Shown here in pieces: positions 41,601-53,600 of a stretch of DNA of 64,000 nucleotides. The position numbers were made by a program, and so were the translations under genes. The stretch lies in contig NC_092670.1 in the NCBI RefSeq assembly GCF_964355755.1, positions 25,220,795-25,284,794 on the forward strand, in the 5' to 3' direction. Source of the DNA: Antedon mediterranea. Taxonomy: Eukaryota; Animalia; Echinodermata. The notes below the pieces were generated by a model, which was not told where the DNA came from, ran no database searches, and saw only the letters and a list, made by a program, of their open reading frames with translations. Numbering within the stretch: the first letter of the stretch is position 1; the number at the start of each line of letters is the position of its first letter.

Positions 41601-44600
41601 AGAGAATACATTGAGGAAAAAGGATTGTAATGTTTGGTAGGTTAATAAGTTTTAATTAAAAGACCAAATTTCCAGTAGACATTTTTCTATATTTTTCAGT
41701 TACTATATTACCATAAAACACACCTTTTTTTCCTAACTTTTGTAGTGTATGTACAAAAGGCAAATGGGATTGTACACGTCTTGATTGTTCTCAAGATATC
41801 TTTACAGCTCAGATGCCACAAAATGTCTGTACTGATATCAGTGGTAAAACATACCTTAATGGTGAAACTCTTGTAAAAGACTGCAATGCATGGTAAGTTG
41901 ATAATCTATAAAATGAGCTAGGGCCTAAAATGAAGTGCTTCAATCTGGTAATGTTCAGTATAGGACCTTGCTTATTGATCTTATTTTTGTCTTAAAGAAA
42001 ACATCTGTTAAATTTTCAAATTTGTCAATATAAATTTTTAGGACCTGCTCCAAAGGTGAATGGGCCAGTACTCGTCGCTATTGTTCACCAGTCACTTACC
42101 CAAACACCACTTGTCTGGACACCAACACCAGCAGTATCTTGACCAATGGAAAGACCATTCGACGTGGATGCAATATCTGGTAGGTTTTTACAGTATATAT
42201 ACTCAAAAGGGTTGTAACATAATTTACATTTTGTTTCGTATTTTTTTTAACCGTGATACTAGACTTACTCATAGGTGACTTGGAATCATTCCAAAGATAA
42301 TTCAGGACTATTAAGATTAATTAATAATAAAAATTATGATAAATACTGATTTATTTTTTTGTGTGCAGTGTTTGTAATAGTGGAAACTTGACATGTACTT
42401 CAGAAGAATGCCCAATGGAAACCTCTGGTAAGTAGTACAGAATTATTAATCATTTTGTTACTGTATTATTTGCTTTGATGTTAAATCCTATAATATGAAA
42501 GTATAAATTCCTTTCACATGCCCACAGTTATTCAATATAGCTATTTTGTCTTGTACTTTTCTGATGTGAAAACAGATTTTTTGACCCAAATTCAATTAAA
42601 ACAAGTTAAATTAAATATATTGTTTTGTAGGAATCTGTTTGCGTAAACTTCAACGTTACCTCATCAACAACATGACTAACACAACAAGAAAGAAGATGTA
42701 CCCACCTTCTTGTAACACAACAAATGGTCTTTACCAGCCAGTACAGGTTAGTTAATAAAACAATTACATTGAAAAATATTGAAACAACTTTTATTTCATT
42801 GATGTTGAATATTTTATATTACATCACATAATTGAAATCGCTGTTTTTCTAGGTCATTACAAAAGAAATATAATATTTTAAGGAAATATAGCATCTGGGT
42901 CCTCATAGGTTTAGTCACATGATGCCATATCAATCAATCAATCAATTTTTAATACGGCTTTACCACGTTGAAACACCGGTTCTCGTCAGATCACCGAAGT
43001 TAAGCAACGTTGGGCTTGGATGGGAGACCATCTGGGAATAGCGGGTGCTGTATACGGAGCTGGGGTCCCATTAGGCATTTGAAATCAGCACTGCTGACTC
43101 TTATGGCAGCCCCTGCATCTAGTATCTGCCTCAGACCTCTGGTCAAGGTGGGCACTGGACGAGAGAAGCCCTTGATCAATATCAGGACCAATCAAGGTGC
43201 TTTAAACAGTCCTGGCTTTGTTTGTATCAAACCTGTTAGTGACGGTAATTATCGCTGTTGGTTTCGATTGAATAAAATATTTTTGACACCCTAATGAATA
43301 ACTGTGCAAAGTTTCAGAATTTTATCACAATTTAAAGGATTGGTTCACTTAACAGGCCTACTAAATCACGTTCTCATATTTACATAGGCTATTATATTAT
43401 TTGTAATTTATATTTTTATCTTCTTTATAGTGTTATGGAAAGAGATGCTACTGTGTCACACCATATGGAAGTTACATTCCAAGCACCTATTCCTATGGAA
43501 AGAAACCAAACTGCTCAGCTTTCATCTGTAAGTGCAGCAGAACCCCTCTTTTGCCACACCCAATACAAAGAAAACCCCACTTAAGGGGACAATTTGTCCC
43601 CTCAATAGAGTTCTACTACTGTAATTGTTTTTTGTTTTTTTAAACCATATTTAATGAGGGTGATCCATCCACCTATTGCTGATCATTAGGGACCCTCAGA
43701 GGTTCACAAGACAAACATATACACAAGATCATGCTCTACATAAACAAAGTCTTATTACAAGTCTTTGGAAGTGGAGTAATTTGATCCTTAGAAGAAATCC
43801 TGACATTTGACAGGACTTGAACCCAGGACCCTTGGAGTGGTAGACAAGCATCATAACCACCAAGCCACAACTCCACTCTGTTACCATAAATATCTGATAA
43901 CTTGGGTTTAATTTAACTTTAAATGCCTTTCTTATTTCATTTCATTGTAGACAATATTACCATGCCACCAATGACAGAAATTGAGATGATACCTTTGACA
44001 GAAATTGAAATGAGGCCAGAAGAAGTAGAAAGGATGCAAGAAGAAATAGAGTCTAGGCCAGAAGAAATAGAGTCTAGGCCAGAAGAAATGAAGAGAAAGT
44101 CAGAAAAAATGGAGAAGTCATATCGTAAACCAACATTGATGTATGAGTCTTGTAAGTCTTGTTTCATTATCTCTTTAGCCAATCAAATTGATTTTTAAAA
44201 AAATTCAAATTATTCATTAGCTAGTTAGCATAATACTTCTAGTTTGAATGCAGCGAAAACTGTTGTAAATTGTAGCAATATAACTGTGAGCCTTAACCAT
44301 TATTGGTGTATCTGATCTTTTTATTCTGACGGTTTTTTCAGACAACCTAACCTGTAATCAAAGGATATTGAAGTCTTTAATGTCGCCAATGTCACCACGA
44401 CCAACATGTCTGCCAGACGGTTCCTACACTCCAACCCAATGCTGTTCAGAGTCTAAGATGTGCTATTGTGTTTACAGTAATGGCACATACATTAACGGTA
44501 CTCTGACCCACATCAGTAATGGAATCCCTCTCTGCAGGAACTGGAGACCAGGTATACAAACATTGTATTATTTTTAGTTAAAAGAACAATTTTTAAAAAT

Positions 44601-47600
44601 ACAAGATTATTATTGAGACTTCCCTATCAAGAAGTGTAAGTAGGCCTACAATATGTATTCCAAGATACATCAATATGTGTCATGAGGAGGGTGACAATGA
44701 CGCACTCTATGCCGTCCTTCGACCAATATGTGTCATGAGGAGGGTGACAATGACGGACTCTATGCCGTCCTTCGACCAATATGTGTCATGAGGAGGGTGA
44801 CAATGACGGACTCTATGCCGTCCTTCGACCAATATGTGTCATGAGGAGGGTGACAATGACGGACTCTATGCCGTCCTTCGACCAATATGTGTCATGAGGA
44901 GGGTGACAATGACGGACTCTATGCCGTCCTTCCACCAATGTGTGTCATGAGGAGGGTGACAATGACGGACTCTATGCCGTCCTTCCACCAATATTTGTCA
45001 TGAGGAGGGTGACAATGACGGACTCTATGCCGTCCTTCCACCAATATGTGTCATGAGGAGGGTGACAATGACGGACTCTATGCCGTCCTTCCACCAATAT
45101 GTGTCATGAGGAGGGTGACAATGACGGACTCTATGCCGTCCTTCGACCAATATGTGTCATGAGGAGGGTGACAATGACAGACTCTATGCCGTCCTTCCAC
45201 CAATATGTGTCATGAGGAGGGTGACAATGACGGACTCTATGCCGTCCTTCCACCAATATGTGTCATGAGGAGGATGACAATGACGGACTCTATGCCGTCC
45301 TTCGACCAATATGTGTCATGAGGAGGGTGACAATGACGGACTCTATGCCGTCCTTCCACCAAATGATACTTTGTTTCTTGTTTGTATACATGTTGATTTT
45401 GGTCGAAATAGATGTTGACTTGAATAATATGTAAATTCTGTATGAACTGAGTTTCTCTGAGAACACAGGCTTATCAGCTCTACCTTAATCAAGTTATGTA
45501 TTTGTATATAAATGGTAAAATGTGTATTTTATTTTTTATTTCAGAGGTTGAATCTTCTTTCCCAGGTTGGTGTATTTTAGTAGCTATTTTATCTGTAACT
45601 TTTTAATATTATGTTCACAATAGTACTATATCCTCTAATTAATAAATTTAATTTAATTCTCGTTTATTTAGTCATTCTTTATAATACATAGTATGTAATT
45701 GATGGCTAAGCATCTTGTAATACAAGACACTTTTACAAATGCTCAATGTTTAGAGGTAATAAACATTAAACTTTGGTTTTCAGAGTTATCTACCTGCAAG
45801 ATAAAGGCTAGCATCGCTAAGACTTTAAAGCTACCTTACGTACCAACATGTACTGAAGACGGAAGCTTCTCTCCAATTCAATGCAACATCATTACAGGTG
45901 TCTGCTTCTGTGTTGATTACCTTGGAGATATCGTCCCAGAAACTGTCACCACACGTGCTGGTATTACAACACTAACATGTGAAATGTACCACACCGGTAA
46001 GGACCATAATTTATCAATTATAAATTTTTTTTTTAATGCTTTTTAATATTTTTTTGGGTAAATATTTGTATAGCTTGTAATAATTTAATTTAATGATGAA
46101 TACAATGTCTTACAATATTAATTTACATTGCAAAATCATAAAATGTATATTATATGCAAAATTAATCATTTTCGTTATCATTTTCAGAGGAATGGAGACA
46201 GCAGAAGAAAGACAGAATCATGCCATCTAAAATCTTCTCACACATCATTGATGTAGACACTTTCCCAGAAAGTAAGTCCTTAAATCATACTTTAAAAACT
46301 GACCCAGTGACCTGGGTTGAACAAGTGGTTTATAGTTAAAATAAGATTGCCTGTACCCAACATGAATATTACTGTATTTCAGTATAATCCTCATTCTTCA
46401 ATTTATTTTTTATTGGTCTAATTTCATATAAAAATAAAATTCAGAAAATTTTTGTTAATACACTCTAGTTTATAATGACATGAACAATGTTTAAAACAAT
46501 AGAAAATACAGATAATGTTTAAAAGTTCAAAAAAATAATTTGTATATTCAATAAAAAAAATTGGCAACATTTATAAAAACTATAAAACTCCTTAACTAAT
46601 TTAGGCTAAATTAAGACTTTAATAAATCCAATGTTTATGAAATCCAAGCAAATTCCACCTACAAATTTTTCCCAAATTGTGTACCCTTACCCTCTAGGAC
46701 TAAAATTGGACTAAAATACTATTTGTGATCTATCTTCTATCTATATGCTGTTTATTAAAACATTTCTTACAGGGATGCCAGCATGCTTAAGACAACAGAA
46801 GATTGCTGTTACAATGAAGAACATCTATTCGCCATCATGCCGTGATGATGGTTCTTTCGAACCTCTACAGTGCCCCACTAAAAGCCGTGTGTGCTTCTGT
46901 GTTGATATCACAGGAACTGTTGTTGCAAACACCACATCAGGAGAGCTCACCCCACCTAATTGTGACATGTATCATAATGGTAAGGTTGTTCACATATCAG
47001 AATGTGGCCATAACATTGTATTCAATTTATTACCACATACATGTACATGGGGAATGCATATTTTAAAATCTGTGCTATGCAGATCACAGATTTTTAACAT
47101 TAGTTATAATTAGAAATTCATTAGAGGATAGAGGGTTTATATTATGAAGAATGAGGTTATGGCTATACCTACAAAGCTATGTTTTACACCCCTGATTCTT
47201 TTTAGAGCAATAATTAAACATTCAAATACAAAATATGGGATATTGTGTAAGCTCATTTTGTTCATGTCTTAGTCTTTTAAATGTATAAACTAAAGTCATC
47301 AAGACCTGTACTTAGTATCTTCCTTTATTTCTGCAGTATCACTTTTCAACTTCACTGCCATCAACAACAGCTCCTTCCTTGGATCTCTGCCAACAGAATG
47401 TAAAGAGAACTGTACAACCGTTGGAGTACAGACTCTCAGCGAGGAGACTCTACCATCAAACCGCACCAACATCAGTATGTATACTATACCTACAGTTCTT
47501 TAGATACATCAGTATGTATTCCATAGGCCTACCTACAGTGTACCTTTGTTTGATTTGATTAATTAAAAAGCTAATCTGGTAGGCACTGCACTACTGGCTA

Positions 47601-50600
47601 CCTGGATCAGTGGAGGGCCTAATCCGAATTTCCTCAGTTTCCAATTAAGCTTGAGGACAAAATATTAATACCAAAATCTAATTTTAAAAGTAGGCCAGCC
47701 AAAGAGAAATTTCACACTTTCACAAGTATTCCTAAAAATTATTAAAGGACCTGATATTTACCTGGGTAAGTTGGTTCCCAACCACCAAAGTTAGTGATAA
47801 ATGTGCCCATGACTAAACCTAAATGGTCCTAAAAGAAAAATTGAAAGGAAAATTTTTTCTATTTATCTGTGTAGCTTTGTCAGCATGTGGCCACCAACAG
47901 GTCATCTCCAGCATTGTTCCAGGTGTATTCAGACCAACGTGTAATGCTAATGGTACCTTCTCGCCTCTTCAATGCCAGCCCCAGTCTGGTATCTGCTACT
48001 GTGTTGACACTAATGGTGTTCGTATTGAATCCACTGAAGCCAAGATCTACCTAGGAAATCTACCATCTTGCCAACAGTATTGGAATTGTAAGTGGTTAAT
48101 TGCACTGTAATCGTTGTGCATTTAAGACTATATTTTCATGCACATATTTTTTTGTCCAGTCCTCCTATTTAGTAATTTTTATAAATGTTTGTTTTTAGTT
48201 ACTATTGAAGTGGTGACCAACATGACATCTGTGTATCCTGAGGAGCTTCAGATGGTCAATGCCTTGACCCCTAACAACATCAACATCTCTTCATTGATGA
48301 ACTTCACAACAGCCAAATTCAACTTCACCAGTTTGTTCAACCAGACTACTCTCTCCATGCTCAACCAATCAGAATGGAACATGACCCTGCATACTTTGAT
48401 GTTCAACAGCACCCAGTGGAACACCAGTCTCTTTAATGACACCCTTCTCTCCACGATTATGAACGTCTCCACATGGAATACTACTGTGTTTAACACCGTT
48501 TTCAACGAATCCATCTGGAATCAGACAGATTTTAACCGTCTCTTCAACGCATCACAATGGAATAGCACATTATACACAGTCATGTTCAACAGCTCTATGT
48601 GGAATACAACATTCTTTGATGTCATGTTTAATGTGACACAGTGGAATGATACAATGGTTTCCTGGCTGTTCAATGTCTCACTGCCTAATGTCACTTGTAA
48701 TTTCACAAAATACAATAAGAATCCACGCATTAAAGGTAGGGTGCATTTTTTTCTTATGCATTAACTAAATTTTTTACTTAAATAATTTTTTTTAGTTTTT
48801 AATTTTTTTTAAATTTTAGTTAGTTTCATAGGTTACTGCCATAAATAAATAAAAAAGCTTACTAAATAATTGCATAAACCGGTAGACACAAGACACTAAA
48901 TAAAAATCAAGTCTAATTCTATAATTAAACTTTTTTTCTAAATAATTTCTGTTTTGTTTATTAGATTGCTTTAAGATGCAGAAACTCGCCAGCTGGAACC
49001 CAGAATTTATGGCTCCGACTTGCAACCCTAACAACACATACACAGCTTTGCAATGCAACCGCAAGACTGGCTATTGCTACTGCTCGTATCTAAATGGAGT
49101 TGCCATTCCAGAGACTGTTACACCCATCATTGAAGGAACTCCGTCTTGTTGGCAGTATTCTACTGGTAAGGCTATGTGATATTTCCAGTAAATTAATCAA
49201 TCAAGTTTCTTATTTATTTTAGCATATGAAATAAACAAGAATGATATTTTTTTCCAGTAAACATTACTAACATGACATTGACTGAGAAGAAAATTGCCAA
49301 CTTTACCAAAGAGACTTGGACGCTTGCCAACCGAGGTATCATGTGGAATATGACACTTAACTATCTTTACCAAATTAACAGAACATTCACAAGTAAGTCT
49401 GGTGTGATACATGCCCTTTGAGAGGTCATGCCTTTTGAGAGGTCATAGGTTAGTTTATGTTGGTGGAAGTTATCTTCTTCATGAATCTGTTTTTAGGCTT
49501 TGTTCACATGTAAGCACATACACTACTACGGTACATGTTTTCAACTAGTTGTTTTTATATTGGAGGAACATCTTAAAAACATGATGTAAAAAGAAGTAAA
49601 CGTAAGATTTGTTTCTGTCAAACTGACTGACCAAATAAATGAATACATTTTAAACACACACATTTTTTGTTTTTATTTGTATTAGTGGTAAATCAGACTT
49701 GTTTCATTGGTAACATGTCTATTGCATCAGGAACTAACGCAACCTTTGGCTGCCAAGTGTGGTAAGATATTTCTGCACTTTTTAACTCCAAAATAATTAA
49801 GTGAATGTAATCAATATTTGATGATGATAATAGGTCTTAATAAAAATTGTTTTTAGTAGTTTATGAATTTATATAAACGGTTTTTTTTTTTAAAGCAACT
49901 GTACCGATGGCATCTGGAAATGTAAAATGAATGACACCTGTATGCTAAATGAAACATGTAAGATTATTACTTATTTATTACAAATGATAACACACATTAG
50001 ATTAGATGTTACTTACAGGGTCAAAACAAATTGCATGTATGTTTTGCGATTCTTCTGCCGATCTAAAATGGTTCTGGATCTTTATAATCCACCATTGAAT
50101 CTTTCCCTGAGCTTGTGTGTTGAATTTATAATGTATGAAACATCCATCCTGGGTATCACTGTTTTAAAACATCTGTATTTTTCCCACCTGCAGTCACACC
50201 AGGTGTTTGCCAGGTGAATGAAACTACTATTTTGATGGAGCGAGATATCACCACTGTCGACTGCAATGTATGGTAAGTGACCAATTGTAGATTATAATTT
50301 GTGCACATTTCATATTAGAACCATAACATATATATTAATAGAGTTGAATTTAATGTGATAAATGTTGTCATTTCTAGTGTTTGTGCTCGCAATAACTCTT
50401 TGGTTTGTACCAACATGATGTGTCCTGCCAAGAGAAGCATAGAGGATGTGGCCAAGAAGTGTCTTGATACCCGTAAAAACAAGTGGTATGATGAAGACAC
50501 TGTTCTCCGTATGAGTTGTAACGTATGGTAAGAAATTTGTCATCAAGTTTATTTTATAACTAACTGAAATTAATAATGTTGGTGTTATTACTACACATGC

Positions 50601-53600
50601 TGGTATGGTAGATGGAATGCAATGCTCAAAGTTTGCTGCCTAAGGGAACAATTTTCATTTAATTCTGTTTTTCTTTCAGTTTGTGCTCTCAAGGTGAATG
50701 GGACTGCACTGATGAGAAGTGTCCTTGGTTCAATGAAGAAAAAGCATGCATTGTTGGTGTAGGTGAATCTTATCCTCATGGAACCACTCTGCTCAAAGAC
50801 TGCAATGCCTGGTACATGAAATAGCTCTTTTTATAACTTTATCATATTCATGTAAATTTGGTTCTAACAAAGGCAGATACAGACATTGTTGTGGACTTCA
50901 TGCAACATAATGACGTTCATAAATCGCCAACCTGGTATACGATTTTCTTGATTTTGATACATTAACATGATATTTTATAAACCTTAGCCATGAAATTGTT
51001 GGGTGTGCCCTAGTACTCGCTCCCCATTCTGTACCGCTTACATGACCTGGTTACCCACAACTTTAAATGGTTGAAGTCTATTGTTTGATGAATGAACTTA
51101 TAACCACTTTTATCATTATTCAGTTTATCCAGTAGTCTGTCCATTCTTTCCATAAGAGATACTGATTTACTTTTTGATGCTTTTACTTTGAAGGACTTGT
51201 AACAATGCTAAATGGATTGGAACTCAACGATACTGCTCACCACTCACATACCCAGAGAGTAGTTGTCTTGACCACAACACCAGCACTACTTTGACCAATG
51301 GTCAAATGGTCAGACGTGGATGCAATGTTTGGTAAATAGAAATGCTTGCAATATCACAATTTTGTAGCATTGTATTGAAATCAAACAAGATTGTTTAGTT
51401 GTGATGGGTTAATAGAAAGTATTGTATATGTTACACCCTGTTGAATTAATATACAGTATATATATATATATATATATCAATTGTTTTTTTAAAGTGTGTG
51501 CAATAGTGGTAATATGGTGTGTACAGATGTTGAATGCCCTACAAACTCCTCAGGTATGCTATCTCATTGGTAATGTAATGATCTATTCTGACAATCTACT
51601 AATCCAAAATGTCTGACAAACTTAAGTTAAGTAAGAGTTCAAAATCAATTGTGATTAGAGAGTTAATTGTCTTATAGTTAATTTATGACACCAAGATGTC
51701 AATAATGTGAGTATTATTTGTCTGTTTTATAGGAATATGCTATGATCAACTTAATCGTTTTCTCTATGGCAACTCGTCTGTAATGGCATATAGACCAAGA
51801 TGCAATGCCACCAACGGCCTCTACCAACCAGTACAGGTGAGTAAACAAAAACAAACCAGCTTATTTTACACATAGAAACATGTATTCTGTATACCAATAT
51901 AATCACAACAACTGTGTAATAATAGTAACTAACACTTTAAGTAACTTTACAATTGTCTCATTTCATGACGTTTGCATTCTTTTTTTTTTTTTTCAGTGCT
52001 GTAACATGAGCAACATGTGTTTCTGTGTAGACCCAGTTGGACAATATTTACCTGGTAGTCTTGTGTACAAAACAATGCCAAACTGCTCAGCTTACATCTG
52101 TAAGTTTCTTTAAATAACTAGCTGTACTCTTCCACTAATGGACAAGTATCATCTAGTCACAAAAACATTTTTTGAACATAGCTACATGCAGAATTAAAAG
52201 ACGCCCCAGCTCAAACAGCAGGAGTATAGGTTTAGGAGGAGATAGAGTAATTTCGGGTTGGTAGAATCATGATCAATGTGCACTGATAAAGCATGTGCTT
52301 CACTAAGTTAAAATTGTAAAACTTCCATTTTCCCACCCACTTTTCCATTATAACATTTGGAGTGGAGTTGTGGCTTGGTGGTTATGATGCTTGACTACCA
52401 CTCCAAGGGTCCTGGGTTCAAGTCTCGTCACATGTCAGGATTTTTTCTATGGGCAAAATTACAACTTCATTCCCAAAGACTTGTAATAAGACTTTGTTTA
52501 TATAGAGTATTTGTGAACCTATGAGGGTCCCTAATGATCAGCAATTGCTGGATGGATCACCCTCATTAAATATTGTTAAAAAAAACTTGAAAAATAACTT
52601 GATAGACTTAATCTACTTTATTAACGTTGTGTCATGATACATACATTTGATTAGATGTTTAATTTTTCTTATTTCAGACAATGTAACCAGACCAAAACTG
52701 AACTTTACAGAAATACTGAATACAACACAGTTACAACCAACAGATATCAATTGGGGTAATCTTACAAAATAATTATGTAATAAATTATTTGAAATAGATG
52801 AAAAATCAAGTGAAACTCAAGATGCATTTCAGACGAATACAAACATATTTCTATATATTAATTTGTTAATTTAAGATATGTATCTATAAAACAAACAAAA
52901 AATAGAAATAATAAATATTTTGTAATTAAATAATTGGTGTTATTTGTAAATCCAAATTTATACTCTTTTTCTTAGCTAACCGTACTTGTCGTCAGTTGTT
53001 GTTCATCTCTATAATAAACAAATATGTTGCGCGTCCAACCTGTCTTCCTGATGGATCCTTTGCACCTCTACAATGCACCGTTGAAGGCAACTGCTACTGT
53101 GCCTATAGGAATGGCACATACGTCAACGGAACACTCACTCACATCAGCAAGGGTACACCTATGTGCATGACATTCAGAGATAGTGAGTTCAAACTTATTT
53201 TGAATTAAATCGTAATGTTCAAGGTAGTGGGTTCAAATCCTACTCACAGTACCAGGATGACTAGGATGTGCAGTTTGAAAGACTTTTGGGCACAATGTTT
53301 TGTGTGTTAGAGTATGATTAAAGAGCGCATTTAAATAAAGTGCCTGAAACCAACAAAATATCACATTAAATAATTATGTTTTAAATTTGTGTTCTCAGCA
53401 TTGGAGTTTGTCACCTCTGAAGTAGTAACAGGTAAATGATTGTGTAATAAACCTCATACTTATCATTTATTACAAAATAAATAATAGAGCTCACTTTGTA
53501 CCGTGTAGTGTCTATATGGAGGAATCCATACATTACTTGATATACCAACAATACACAACAATGCGTTATTATTATTATTTTTTAAAACTTATGATGTTGT

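Noticed and set aside
42952-43054. Functional 5S rRNA gene
   Set aside because: Deletion in the internal control region, several substitutions, single intronic copy, no terminator.
44671-45360. CRISPR-like array (also considered for 10715-10987, 25476-25806, 27905-28845)
   Set aside because: Units are head-to-tail with no unique spacers, there are no cas genes, and the context is eukaryotic introns/intergenic DNA.
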